Shown here in pieces: positions 41,493 through 53,059 of a DNA stretch of 64,000 bases; position 1 is the stretch's first letter; each line of letters starts with the position of its first letter. Location: positions 16,597 to 80,596 of the forward strand of contig CAZXQG010000005.1 of NCBI GenBank assembly GCA_964642725.1, given 5' to 3'. The notes below the pieces were generated by a model, which saw only the letters and a program-made list of their open reading frames with translations, was not told the origin of the DNA and ran no database searches. The position numbers were made by a program, and so were the translations under genes. Source of the stretch: an uncultured Chitinophagaceae bacterium (lineage in GTDB: Bacteria > Bacteroidota > Ignavibacteria > UBA10030 > UBA8401).

Positions 41493-42266
41493 ATGTCAGA
41501 AGTAGTTCTTCAAGCAGAAGTTCGCTCGCACGTCGGGAAACATATAAAGGCACTGCGACGCTCCGGGAAAATTCCGGGTGAATACTATTCGCGCGGTGAA
41601 AAGAACATTCACCTTGCGGCGACTCCGCTTGGATTGAAGCCGCTCATCTACACTTCAGAAGCTCACATTGTAAGCCTGAAGCTTGACAACGGTGAATCAA
41701 AGACGTGCGTGCTTCGCAACGTTCAGTTCGACCCCGTATCAGAATTACCAATCCACTTCGACCTGCAGGGCGTTCGCGCAGACGAAGAATTAACCATCGA
41801 GGTGCCTGTGATGCTCAACGGCACGCCGAAAGGCGTCAAAGACGGCGGGACCGTTCAGCATGTGATGCACCGACTCAAAGTATCCTGCTTACCGAAATTC
41901 ATTCCCGATCATATTGAAGTAAATATTGCGGAACTTGGAATTAATCAGTCCATCCACATTCGCGATATTAAGGTCGACAATGTCAAGATTCTCGAAAGCG
42001 AATCCAGTACGATTGTCGCAGTTGTTCCTCCGACCATCTTGAAAGAGGAAACACCTGCCGACGCGGCTGCTGCAACTGCCATTGCCGAACCCGAAGTTAT
42101 TGCTAAGGGCAAGAAGCCAGAAGAGGGTGAAGAAGGCGCGGAAGGTGCACCTGCCGGAGCAAAAGCGGCGGCACCGGGTGCAAAGGCGGCTCCAGCGGGC
42201 AAAGCGGCAGCACCCGCAGCAAAAGCTGCCCCGGCAGCTCCCTCTAAGAAGGAAGAAAAGAAATAG
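41493..42266 (+). CDS. rplY: 50S ribosomal protein L25 / general stress protein Ctc with an Ala/Pro/Lys-rich C-terminal tail
   Basis: L25 N-terminal and Ctc beta-barrel domains, then about 60 aa of AKAAPAGAK repeats. Confidence 0.85.
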   Translation: MSEVVLQAEVRSHVGKHIKALRRSGKIPGEYYSRGEKNIHLAATPLGLKPLIYTSEAHIVSLKLDNGESKTCVLRNVQFDPVSELPIHFDLQGVRADEELTIEVPVMLNGTPKGVKDGGTVQHVMHRLKVSCLPKFIPDHIEVNIAELGINQSIHIRDIKVDNVKILESESSTIVAVVPPTILKEETPADAAAATAIAEPEVIAKGKKPEEGEEGAEGAPAGAKAAAPGAKAAPAGKAAAPAAKAAPAAPSKKEEKK

Positions 42267-42336
42267 TTTTGCGTTCGGTAGAAATATTTTTAATCTCTGT
42301 TCTTTGAAACGTTTTTCTTAATCAGCATCTCCCTCA

Positions 42337-42978
42337 TTGCAGAATTTCCTTGACGAAGAAGCAGATTCAGAGAAAATAGCATGCGTTGTCGGATTGGGAA
42401 ACCCCGGCAAGCGGTATGGTCTGACGAGACACAACGTCGGCTTCAATGTTGTGTCGTCGCTTTCGCGCTCGCTACGGTCGCCCATGATAGAAGGCAACGG
42501 GGAATTCTTTTTTTCTGAGTGTGCAATCGAAAGCCGGCGCTTTCTTCTGGCGACTCCGTCGACGTACATGAACGAAAGCGGAATGGCCGTCCTTCAACTG
42601 ATGGACCAATTCAATGTCGCGGCTTCGGACCTGCTGATCATCGTCGACGATTTTCAACTGCCGCTTGGGACTTTAAGAATTAGGGAAAACGGAAGCGACG
42701 GCGGACACAACGGACTCGGCTCTGTCATTTACCATCTGCAAACGGATAATATTCCGCGATTGCGTTTGGGCATCGAAGGTCCGACATGTCCAACGGAAGA
42801 TAGAAAGGAGTTAATGGCTGCCTACGTGCTTTCTCCATTTGATAAGGAAGAAATCCAGCGCTCTGAAATGATGATTACGCATGCATGCGACGCCGTGCTC
42901 GCTCTGGTTCTTCACGGAATTGAATTCGCTATGAACAATTTCAATAGATCGTTCTTAGACGATGACATGACAGTGTAA
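42337..42978 (+). CDS. pth: Peptidyl-tRNA hydrolase
   Basis: GLGNPG...TRHNVGF...GHNG motifs. The prs-ctc-pth cluster is conserved. Confidence 0.9.
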   Translation: MQNFLDEEADSEKIACVVGLGNPGKRYGLTRHNVGFNVVSSLSRSLRSPMIEGNGEFFFSECAIESRRFLLATPSTYMNESGMAVLQLMDQFNVAASDLLIIVDDFQLPLGTLRIRENGSDGGHNGLGSVIYHLQTDNIPRLRLGIEGPTCPTEDRKELMAAYVLSPFDKEEIQRSEMMITHACDAVLALVLHGIEFAMNNFNRSFLDDDMTV

Positions 42979-42979
42979 A

Positions 42980-43030
42980 TAAGTTTTAAGTATTAAGTTC
43001 TAAGTTTTACGCTATAAGTTTTGTTTATTT
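42980..43030. repeat. Array of five (T)AAGTT short direct repeats upstream of rpsF
   Basis: taagtttt-aagtatt-aagttct-aagtttt...taagtttt, 8-10 bp apart in the pth-rpsF intergenic region. Confidence 0.4.
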
Positions 43031-43136
43031 ATCCATGTAATTGGTCGTAAATTTTTAACTTTTAATCTAAACTCAACACCCTGTTCCATCATAAAAGAGA
43101 TGGAGCCATCATTACACGTCCATAGGAGACATATCG

Positions 43137-43520
43137 TTGGAAAAAGAACACAAGATTTACGAGACGACATTTATCGTCAATGCGGCGCTTGATGACGCCC
43201 AGATTGACGCCGTCATCGAAAAAGTCAAAGAAGTCATCGTGAAAAACGGCGGCGAGGTCCGCTCGCTGGAAAAATGGGGCCGCAAACGCCTCGCCTATAC
43301 GGTCGACAAAAAAAACAACGGGTTCTACGCTTTCTTTGAATTCAAAGGTCCCGGCGACCTCATCGCCAAAATGGACCGGCATTATCAATTGGATGAGCAA
43401 ATTATCCGCTATTTGACGATCCAATTGGACAAGAAAGCGCTGAAAGCAAAAGAAATCGCCACTGCGCTCCTAAAAAGTCAAGCGGCGGCAGCACCCGGCG
43501 TCGGAGATGTAGTCGCTTAA
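43137..43520 (+). CDS. rpsF: 30S ribosomal protein S6
   Basis: S6 fold (YETTFIV...G.....EKWG.R.LAY). TTG start. Confidence 0.9.
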   Translation: MEKEHKIYETTFIVNAALDDAQIDAVIEKVKEVIVKNGGEVRSLEKWGRKRLAYTVDKKNNGFYAFFEFKGPGDLIAKMDRHYQLDEQIIRYLTIQLDKKALKAKEIATALLKSQAAAAPGVGDVVA

Positions 43521-43591
43521 CTTATCATAAAGTGGACAATTTCACCAAACTTTTTCGAAACCAGCAATAGAATTTAAAAGGAGAATTCACC

Positions 43592-43876
43592 GTGTTCCAT
43601 CAAAGTCAAAATCGGCGAGGAGGCGACGACCGGCGGGAAAAGCGCGACTCGAATGCAATTCGAAAAAAACGCACATGCCGTTTCTGCGACTCGAAAGAAA
43701 TCTACATCGATTACAAGGACGAAAAAAAATTGTACCGTTTCGTCACCGAGCAAGGGAAAATAATTCCCAAGCGTATTACCGGTTCGTGCGCCAAACACCA
43801 GCGCCAATTGGTGAAGGCGATCAAGCGAGCACGGCATCTTGCGCTGCTCCCCTTTGTGTCCGACGCCATTAAATAA
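43592..43876 (+). CDS. rpsR: 30S ribosomal protein S18
   Basis: The CRFC...IDYKD...L..F..E.GKI.P.R.TG motif. GTG start. Confidence 0.9.
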   Translation: MFHQSQNRRGGDDRREKRDSNAIRKKRTCRFCDSKEIYIDYKDEKKLYRFVTEQGKIIPKRITGSCAKHQRQLVKAIKRARHLALLPFVSDAIK

Positions 43877-43906
43877 ATTGCACTCATTAAGAATGCTGGA
43901 GAAAGT

Positions 43907-44350
43907 ATGAAAGTCATTTTACGTCAGGATTATGAAAGCCTGGGAAAAATCGGCGAAGTCGTTGCAGTGAAGGACGGCTACGCGCGGAATTACCTTATTC
44001 CGAGGAGCATCGCGTACCGGGCAACGACAAGCAGCCTGCGCGCCCTGGAAGAAGAAAAGAAGCAACACGAACGGCAGGAACAAAAGCAGTTCAAGGAAGC
44101 GGAAAAACTCGGCGTTGAACTCGAAAAACTCTCCGTCACTATTCCGATGAAAGTCGGCGAGGATGACAAACTGTTCGGTTCCGTCACTTCCCAAATGATC
44201 GCCGATGCACTGAAGGAAAAGGGATTCACGGTAGACAAGCGGACGATCGAGCTTGAAGAGCCGATCAAAACCCTCGGCATATTCGAGGTCCCCGTGAAAC
44301 TTCATACTAAAGTCAGTGCAAAAGCAAAAGTGTGGGTTGTCCGGGAATGA
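43907..44350 (+). CDS. rplI: 50S ribosomal protein L9
   Basis: MKVIL..D...LGK.GEVV.V..GYARNYLIP N-domain with a C-terminal globular domain. Confidence 0.9.
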   Translation: MKVILRQDYESLGKIGEVVAVKDGYARNYLIPRSIAYRATTSSLRALEEEKKQHERQEQKQFKEAEKLGVELEKLSVTIPMKVGEDDKLFGSVTSQMIADALKEKGFTVDKRTIELEEPIKTLGIFEVPVKLHTKVSAKAKVWVVRE

Positions 44351-44371
44351 CCTGACAGTATCCCTTTTTTA

Positions 44372-44410
44372 TACCTGACGTCACGAAAGAGACGGTCAGG
44401 TATTTTTTTT
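44372..44410 (+). terminator. Rho-independent terminator after rplI
   Basis: tacctgacg...gacggtcaggta hairpin followed by TTTTTTTT. Confidence 0.6.
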
Positions 44411-44433
44411 ATCACAAACACTAGAGTGAGGAC

Positions 44434-45834
44434 TTGTTCATGGCACATCAACAGCCGTTGTGGAGCGGAAGGTTTAAAGAGCCGCTGTCGGAAATAGCTC
44501 TCAAATTCTCTTCCTCTGTCGACCTCGATAAGCAGTTGTACCAGGAAGATATTGCCGGAAGTATCGCTCACGTCGAAATGCTTGCCGCGGTAAAAATTAT
44601 TTCACTGGAAGAATCGCGCCGCATTCGAACCGCATTGAGGGCGATTGCGAAAGAAATCGACTCAGGAAAACTCGAGCTTTCGTGGGAGAAAGAAGATGTT
44701 CATATGGCGATTGAACAGCGGCTCATTCAAAAAATCGGACCTATGGGAGGGAAACTTCATACTGGGCGCAGCAGGAACGATCAGGTTGCGTTGGACGAAC
44801 GGCTGCATCTCCGGGGCGCGATTCGCGAGATGCAGAAGCTCACTCTCCAGCTTCAACGAGTGCTGCTATTTAAAGCGGAGAAATATTTCGACACAATCAT
44901 GCCCGGGTATACGCATCTCCAACGGGCACAGCCGGTCTACCTCTCACATCACCTTCTCGCTTACACTTCAATGTTCGAACGGGACTTTGAGCGGTTGACG
45001 GACTGCTACAAACGACTGAACAAACTTCCTCTCGGCGCAGCGGCGTTGGCCGGCACATCCTTTCCAATAGACCGGGCCCTTGTGGCGCGGAAGCTCGGAT
45101 TCGACGGAGTGATTGAAAACAGCATGGATGCGGTCAGCGACCGCGATTATCTGATTGAGTTCATTTCCGTATGCAGCATCGTCATGACTCACCTTAGCAG
45201 GCTCGCGGAGGAGATCGTCCTTTGGAGCTCGCAGGAATTCAATTTTGCAAGAACTGACGACGCGTATACTACGGGGAGCAGTATTATGCCGCAGAAAAAA
45301 AATCCCGACATGGCGGAGCTTGTGCGCGGAAAAGCCGGCAGAGTGTACGGCGACTTAATGAATATTCTGACAATCATGAAAGGGCTTCCGCTCGCCTATA
45401 ACCGCGACATGCAGGAGGACAAGTTCCCGCTCTTCGATGCGGTCGCCACCACGCGTCAGTGTTTGTTCATTTTCTCGCACATTCTTATCCATACGAAGTT
45501 TGACAAGAACAGATTTGAAGAAGAATTAAAGAACGATTTTCTGACTGCGACCGAGATCGCCGATTATCTGGTAAAAAAGGGAACGACCTTCCGCGATGCT
45601 CATGCGATTACGGGAAACATTGTTGCTCATGCTATCGAACACAAAAAAAGCCTTGCACATCTAACGTTGTCCGAGTTGAAACGCTTCTCTCCCCTGCTTG
45701 AAGAGGACATGTTCGATCTGCTTGACCCGCATAAGAGTATCGAGCACAAAAAGTCGGCAGGAAGCACGTCTTCCCAGGAAGTAAAGAAGCAAATCATACA
45801 TTGGTCGCGTGTGCTGAGGGGGAGAAAATTGTAG
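44434..45834 (+). CDS. argH: Argininosuccinate lyase
   Basis: Fumarate-lyase family with the GSSIMPQKKNPD signature and LWSGRF N-terminus. Confidence 0.9.
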   Translation: MFMAHQQPLWSGRFKEPLSEIALKFSSSVDLDKQLYQEDIAGSIAHVEMLAAVKIISLEESRRIRTALRAIAKEIDSGKLELSWEKEDVHMAIEQRLIQKIGPMGGKLHTGRSRNDQVALDERLHLRGAIREMQKLTLQLQRVLLFKAEKYFDTIMPGYTHLQRAQPVYLSHHLLAYTSMFERDFERLTDCYKRLNKLPLGAAALAGTSFPIDRALVARKLGFDGVIENSMDAVSDRDYLIEFISVCSIVMTHLSRLAEEIVLWSSQEFNFARTDDAYTTGSSIMPQKKNPDMAELVRGKAGRVYGDLMNILTIMKGLPLAYNRDMQEDKFPLFDAVATTRQCLFIFSHILIHTKFDKNRFEEELKNDFLTATEIADYLVKKGTTFRDAHAITGNIVAHAIEHKKSLAHLTLSELKRFSPLLEEDMFDLLDPHKSIEHKKSAGSTSSQEVKKQIIHWSRVLRGRKL

Positions 45835-45859
45835 GAGCTGTGAAGCGCTCGGATTTTAG

Positions 45860-47515
45860 CTATCGGGCTTCTTTCAACGATTTCAACCGCACAGCCTCAA
45901 ACTCATCCCCCTTGTTCCATTGAGGCATCGTTCCCCGGTTGGCAAGAAGATAGGCAAGGTGGAAATAAAATTTTGCCTGCTGAATCGTCCCTTCGTACGT
46001 CCAATCGCTTCGAATCTCGTCGCTCGGCTGGTGATAATTATAGGCGTTGTATTCTTCAGCCATTTTCATTCCCCAACCTGCGGGTTTTCCTACATAATCA
46101 ATTCCGGGGTCAAAGTAGGCCGTAGGAACGCCGACTGCGGCAAAGCTGAACTGGTCTGACCTGTAGAACATCCCCTGTTCCGGAAATTGATCGGGTTTGA
46201 CAATAAAATTCGCCACCGCTGCTGCCATATTCACTGCTTCATCGATTGTCGTCCGTCCCCTCCCTATCATCGAAATATCCCGCGTCTCGCCAAACATGTT
46301 CACACCATCCATGTTGATATCGGCGGCGATCTTTCCGAGAGGAAATGTTGGATGAGCAGCATAGTATTCCGATCCAAGCGTGCCGGCTTCTTCTCCTCCC
46401 ACCAGCAAAAACAACACTGATCTTTTCGGCCGTTGTGCGAGATGTGTGAAACCCTGTGCGAGGGTCAACACCATGCTTACGCCGGATGCGTTATCGACAG
46501 CGCCGTTGTCAATAGAATCTCCGTTCACCGGTTGAACAATCCCTAGATGGTCGAAATGAGCCGTGAAAATTACCACTTCATGCGATAGAGCCGAGTCGCT
46601 TCCGCGCAACAAACCGGCAACGTTGGCAGTCATCATTTTCCTGATCGTGTTATGAATATGCACCGAAACATTTGTGCAAAGCGAAATCGGTTTAAATTTT
46701 CTTGACCTCGCCGCTTTCATCAATGCTTCGAGATCTTTTCCTGACATTGCTGTTAAGCGTTTGCTGGCGCTTGCAGATAGCCACGATTCCAACTTTATCG
46801 GTTCCTCTTTGGAGCCGGCGAGCGAAAAGTTTTCTCCGGTCCATGACGTTTGGACCACTTGGAAAGGATAACCGGCAGATTCAGTGGTATGAATGATGAT
46901 AGCACCTGCCGCCCTTTTCCGGGCTGCGATTTCATACTTGTATGTCCATCTGCCGTAATACGTCCTCGCCTTGCCGCCAAAAAATTTTGGGTCGCTCCCG
47001 GGAGGATCGTCGTTCATCATCAACAAAACTTTTCCTGCCACGTCAACACCTTTATAGTCGTCCCAATTTTGTTCCGGCGCGACAATGCCGTATCCGACGA
47101 AAACAACTTCTGCATTGTTGATGTCAACATTTTCATCAGGCGTGCCTGAAAAACCGACGAATTCCTCCCGAAACTTAAAGTGCTCTTCTTTTACGCCGCA
47201 TCGGGCGACAAAATCCATCGTCGGATCGGCCGTCGTTCCGATAATAGGGAATCGCTGAAGGTAAGTTCCATTCTCGCCCCCCGGTTCGAGGCCGAGAAGC
47301 TGAAGCTGGGAGAGAAGATATTTTTGCGTTACCGCGTCGCCGCGAGTCGCGGGCGCACGTCCTTCCAACAAATCGCTGGCTAAGAATTTTAGGTGACTCT
47401 GAAAAACGTGCGCATTGATCGCGGTGAAGGCCTGTCTCTCATCATCCGTCATTTGAGCATGGAGAAAAGCGATAAAGATCATCGAACAGGAGACGACAAA
47501 AACGGTTTTTTTCAT
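45860..47515 (-). CDS. M28-family aminopeptidase with PA domain (secreted)
   Basis: Signal peptide starting at MKKTVFVVS. M28 Zn-ligand motifs (HFDHLG, NGAVDNASG, EE pair). Confidence 0.8.
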   Translation of the reverse strand: MKKTVFVVSCSMIFIAFLHAQMTDDERQAFTAINAHVFQSHLKFLASDLLEGRAPATRGDAVTQKYLLSQLQLLGLEPGGENGTYLQRFPIIGTTADPTMDFVARCGVKEEHFKFREEFVGFSGTPDENVDINNAEVVFVGYGIVAPEQNWDDYKGVDVAGKVLLMMNDDPPGSDPKFFGGKARTYYGRWTYKYEIAARKRAAGAIIIHTTESAGYPFQVVQTSWTGENFSLAGSKEEPIKLESWLSASASKRLTAMSGKDLEALMKAARSRKFKPISLCTNVSVHIHNTIRKMMTANVAGLLRGSDSALSHEVVIFTAHFDHLGIVQPVNGDSIDNGAVDNASGVSMVLTLAQGFTHLAQRPKRSVLFLLVGGEEAGTLGSEYYAAHPTFPLGKIAADINMDGVNMFGETRDISMIGRGRTTIDEAVNMAAAVANFIVKPDQFPEQGMFYRSDQFSFAAVGVPTAYFDPGIDYVGKPAGWGMKMAEEYNAYNYHQPSDEIRSDWTYEGTIQQAKFYFHLAYLLANRGTMPQWNKGDEFEAVRLKSLKEAR

Positions 47516-47552
47516 AATCTCTTCCTTCAGATGGAGCTTCTGGGCATCAGCA

Positions 47553-47981
47553 CTACTTTGCGCCTGCATTCAATTGCAATAAGGCAATGAATGTCAGCGC
47601 CATTGCGAATAAACTAAATGCCGCAGCAAAAGGAAAAAAGAAAACCAACTCATTGATGCCCCACAGTAAAAGGGTCGCCGAAATTGTGATAAGAATGTTC
47701 TTCGCGAGGCTCGGATTTTGGGCTGCAGAACCAGAAACGATCCATAGAATAACAGAGATCAATAATATTGCTAATGCTGACGCGTATCCATATCCATCGT
47801 AATAGTCGCCCATGCTTCTCATTGCACCCATAAACGGAAACCTGTGCTCGGTCATTTGTTCGATGACCTGCTGTTTTTCCAGCTCAGCTGTCTGTTTCCA
47901 CGTCAGGCTTCCGATCATGTGTCCGACATCATGGAGAATCATAACTATGGAAGCAACTCTCAGCAAAATTTTCGGCTTCAT
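47553..47981 (-). CDS. Hypothetical small membrane protein (4 TM)
   Basis: Four hydrophobic helices. The HDVGHMIGS motif sits in the first loop. No recognisable family. Confidence 0.45.
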   Translation of the reverse strand: MKPKILLRVASIVMILHDVGHMIGSLTWKQTAELEKQQVIEQMTEHRFPFMGAMRSMGDYYDGYGYASALAILLISVILWIVSGSAAQNPSLAKNILITISATLLLWGINELVFFFPFAAAFSLFAMALTFIALLQLNAGAK

Positions 47982-48051
47982 AAATATTCCCTCTGTTCTT
48001 GATAGACACAACCGCCGACTCAAATGAATATGTCATAGCTATTTCAATTGC

Positions 48052-49260
48052 TTAGCAGAGAATCTTTACAATGTCTTGTTGAATGGGTTCCCCGGGTATG
48101 ATGATCTTCTTTTCTTTAGAAATGTACACGTCAATTTCCAAACGTACGCCAAATTCACCCGGTAGGTAAATTCCGGGTTCGATAGAAAAACATGTTTCAG
48201 GAATAATCTCGCGACGGTCATGGGTCTCCAGGTTGTCGATGTTGGCGCCGTTCCCATGGACTTCTGTTCCGATATTGTGCCCCGTGCGGTGAATAAAATA
48301 TTCGCCATATCCGTTGCCGGCGATAAATTTGCGGGTAATATCATCCACGTCGCATCCCCGTACTTTGCGCCCGCCGGCGAATTCTTTCTTCAAATAATCC
48401 ACTGCCGCATCACGCGCTCCTTTGACGATTTCAAAAACTTTTTGATATTTGGCGGGGATATTCTCTCCGGCATATGCTACCCAAGTAATATCAGAATAAA
48501 CACTCTCTGGCTTGTCCTTCTTCGCCCAGAGATCGATCAAAACATAATCTCCTTTTTTTACTTCCGAAAAAATCTCTTTTGCCGGTTCATAGTGAGGATT
48601 TGCTGCGTTCGCGTTCACCGAGCAATTTGGAGCATCGTCGATAACGAGATTGTTCTCTTTGAAGTATTCGACCATTCGCTGCTGCACGTCGTACTCCGTC
48701 ACTTTTTGTCCAGCGCGCAATCTCTCGCCGATGAATCCGAATGCGACATCGACCGTCTTTCGCAATACTTTTGACGTTTCAAACTGATCGTTCCGCTGTT
48801 CATCCGTCCAGCGGGCTTCAAAATATTGAACGATATCTGCGGATGAAACGACTTCGACCCCGAACGAACGGATAAGCTCTACCGTCCCCGCATCGACTTT
48901 TGAAACATACGGGATATCATTGTTCGGAGAATATTCCATCGCAACCGATTTCATTCCGCGAAGAGTTCCCTTGAGGGCTTCCTGGAGCGATTGCCAGCTA
49001 ACATAGACTGTTTTGTTGCCGGGGAGATGGTCGAGATTGTATTGTTCAATGCCATGAACAAGTTTCTGCGGCGTGCCTTGTGCAGGGATGAAGTAGAAAT
49101 ATCGCCGCATTTGCGTGAGGTGCGACGGGAGTTCCAGTAATTTCGAAGCAAAAATATTGGATTGCCTGAAATTATATAACAGCCATCCATCTAGGTTGTA
49201 GGTTTTAAGCGTTGTCTGAATCGCTGAAATTCTTTGAATTAATTCGCCAGCTTTTGACAT
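48052..49260 (-). CDS. M24-family metallopeptidase (Xaa-Pro aminopeptidase/dipeptidase-like)
   Basis: Creatinase-like N-domain and pita-bread C-domain with metal ligands (D...D...HRTGHNIG...E...E). Confidence 0.8.
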   Translation of the reverse strand: MSKAGELIQRISAIQTTLKTYNLDGWLLYNFRQSNIFASKLLELPSHLTQMRRYFYFIPAQGTPQKLVHGIEQYNLDHLPGNKTVYVSWQSLQEALKGTLRGMKSVAMEYSPNNDIPYVSKVDAGTVELIRSFGVEVVSSADIVQYFEARWTDEQRNDQFETSKVLRKTVDVAFGFIGERLRAGQKVTEYDVQQRMVEYFKENNLVIDDAPNCSVNANAANPHYEPAKEIFSEVKKGDYVLIDLWAKKDKPESVYSDITWVAYAGENIPAKYQKVFEIVKGARDAAVDYLKKEFAGGRKVRGCDVDDITRKFIAGNGYGEYFIHRTGHNIGTEVHGNGANIDNLETHDRREIIPETCFSIEPGIYLPGEFGVRLEIDVYISKEKKIIIPGEPIQQDIVKILC

Positions 49261-49399
49261 GGAATGTGTCCTCTGCTAATGTCGGGAAATGTCGTTGCCT
49301 GCTACATGTCCGCCAATATAAATAATTCTTACTCAAATAAAAATCCCCGAACGCGTTTTCGCATTCGGGGACTTTGTATTCTGCTTGCTGCAATGCTTC

Positions 49400-51073
<1,674 letters not shown>

Positions 51074-51077
51074 TCAA

Positions 51078-51368
51078 TTACTTAGGCATGATCGCGAAAA
51101 CGTCGCTCTCACGCATGATAAGGACTTCTTCCCCGTCGACCGTAACCTCTGTTCCAGAGTATTTTCCATAAAGAACTTTGTCGCCCACTTTCACTTCCAT
51201 CGGAACTTTCTTCCCTTCCTCTGTAAGTTTCCCGGGTCCTGCAGCCACCACCTCGCCCCATACCGGTTTCTCTTTGGCAGTATCCGGAAGGATAATTCCG
51301 CCTTTTGTTTTTTCTTCAGCCTCGGCAGGCTTTACAACAATTCTGTCAGCCAAAGGATGTAATTTCAT
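51078..51368 (-). CDS. groS: Co-chaperonin GroES
   Basis: 96 aa with a GroES mobile loop, directly upstream of groEL. Confidence 0.95.
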   Translation of the reverse strand: MKLHPLADRIVVKPAEAEEKTKGGIILPDTAKEKPVWGEVVAAGPGKLTEEGKKVPMEVKVGDKVLYGKYSGTEVTVDGEEVLIMRESDVFAIMPK

Positions 51369-51440
51369 ACAAGTCTCCTTAACTTTAGGTTGATACCGTG
51401 TAACTATGTTATTTTATGTAATTTAGAGCGTCAAGATCTA

Positions 51441-51467
51441 TTAGCACTCATCACCTATGAGTGCTAA
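51441..51467 (-). promoter_or_regulatory. CIRCE operator (HrcA binding site) upstream of groES
   Basis: Perfect consensus TTAGCACTC-N9-GAGTGCTAA (ttagcactc atcacctat gagtgctaa), about 75 bp upstream of the groES start. Confidence 0.85.
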
Positions 51468-51504
51468 TATACATACGATTGTTGGGAATGTCAAGCCTCT
51501 GAGG

Positions 51505-52194
51505 TCAGATTTTGGTCCCGGAAACGATCAGGACGAATTCCCCCTTAATTTGGCGGGACGAGAGCACTTGCCGGATAGAAGATAGTCTCCCTCGAAGGAT
51601 CTCTTCAAATTTTTTTGTCATTTCACGACCGATGACGGCTTCCCGGTCGCCAAAACTATTTTGAAGATCTTCAAGAGTTTTAAGGATGCGGTGTGGAGAT
51701 TCGTAGAAGATAATTGTCCGGGGCTCATCTTTCAATTGTGATAATTTTGTTAAACGCCCTTTCTTGTGCGGAAGAAATCCTTCGAAAACAAACGACTGGG
51801 TCGGCATTCCGCTCGCAACAAGTACCGGAACAAAGGCTGTCGGGCCCGGAAGCGGGACAACCGGCAGCTCGTTCCGAATGCAGGCTTGAATAATCGAGTA
51901 CGCGGGGTCTGAAATCCCAGGCGTCCCTGCATCAGAAACGAGAGCGACAGCCAAACCTTCTTTCAGCTTTTCAATTATTTGTGGAACACGAATCGTCTCG
52001 TTATGGCTGAAAAAGCTAAGAAGCGGTTTTTGGATTTGGAGATGATCGAGTAGAACTTTTGTCGTGCGCGTGTCTTCCGCCGCAATCACATCAACTGCCG
52101 ACAGAATTTTCACCGCTCGATAGGTGATATCGTCAAGGTTGCCAATCGGAGTTGGAACAATGTACAGCGTTCCTGGGCGAATTTCTTCCGGCAT
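51505..52194 (-). CDS. rsmI: 16S rRNA (cytidine1402-2'-O)-methyltransferase
   Basis: Tetrapyrrole-methylase-fold RsmI family (LYIVPTPIGNLDDIT...AAEDTR). Confidence 0.9.
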   Translation of the reverse strand: MPEEIRPGTLYIVPTPIGNLDDITYRAVKILSAVDVIAAEDTRTTKVLLDHLQIQKPLLSFFSHNETIRVPQIIEKLKEGLAVALVSDAGTPGISDPAYSIIQACIRNELPVVPLPGPTAFVPVLVASGMPTQSFVFEGFLPHKKGRLTKLSQLKDEPRTIIFYESPHRILKTLEDLQNSFGDREAVIGREMTKKFEEILRGRLSSIRQVLSSRQIKGEFVLIVSGTKI

Positions 52195-52198
52195 CGGC

Positions 52199-53047
52199 CT
52201 ATATACCCCAATCGCGAACGTAACGGAAATCTACGTTGACAGTCCGTTGTGATATCTTTGCCACGACCGGCGGCCGTCGCTTGAATTGGTTTTGTTTCAC
52301 GCGCTTCTTGATTTTGGCAATAAACTTTTTCTCAAACCCCAACGCCGCCAGTTCATCATCCCTGCGGCGCTCATCAATCATGTAGTACAACAGCCGGTCG
52401 ACATCGCTGTACAAAAAACCGAGCTCGCCTTCATCCGTCTGGTCCTGCCATAGATCCGCCGTCGGCTTCTTTTCAATAATCTTGCGAGGAACACCTAGAG
52501 CTTGCGCCAGCTGCCATACCTGCGTTTTAAAAAGGTCGCCGAGCGGGTTCACCGCGCATGCCATGTCGCCAAACAATGTGCCGTACCCCAGCATCGTTTC
52601 TGTCTTGTTCGACGTTCCTACAACGAGCGCGTTGTGATGAAGGGATCGATCATAGAGAATGATCATTCGCATCCGCGCCATAATGTTGCCGCGACGGACG
52701 TTGTCTTTGATATGCTGAGATGTAATAAACGGATCAACCATCGGAGTAATATCGACAATTTCCGAATGGACCTTCAGTTCCTTCACAACCGACTCAGCAT
52801 CGGATTTGCTTTCCGGGCTGCTCGACGAATACGGCATCAAGACAACAAACACATTTTCTTTCCCCAATGCTTCCGCAGAAAGATAAGCGGAAACGGCAGA
52901 ATCCACTCCCCCGGACAATCCGATCACCGCCTTTGTAAATCCGGCATTATGAATCTGGTCACGGACAAAATCAACCAGCATTTTACGCACAAATACTGGA
53001 TTAAGAAGCAGCTCATTACCGGAAATGGTTCTAGTCGTAGTTTCCAT
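52199..53047 (-). CDS. nadE: NH3-dependent NAD+ synthetase
   Basis: PP-loop SGGVDS with NadE family length and motifs. Confidence 0.9.
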   Translation of the reverse strand: METTTRTISGNELLLNPVFVRKMLVDFVRDQIHNAGFTKAVIGLSGGVDSAVSAYLSAEALGKENVFVVLMPYSSSSPESKSDAESVVKELKVHSEIVDITPMVDPFITSQHIKDNVRRGNIMARMRMIILYDRSLHHNALVVGTSNKTETMLGYGTLFGDMACAVNPLGDLFKTQVWQLAQALGVPRKIIEKKPTADLWQDQTDEGELGFLYSDVDRLLYYMIDERRRDDELAALGFEKKFIAKIKKRVKQNQFKRRPPVVAKISQRTVNVDFRYVRDWGI

Positions 53048-53059
53048 AGTTTTCTGTTT

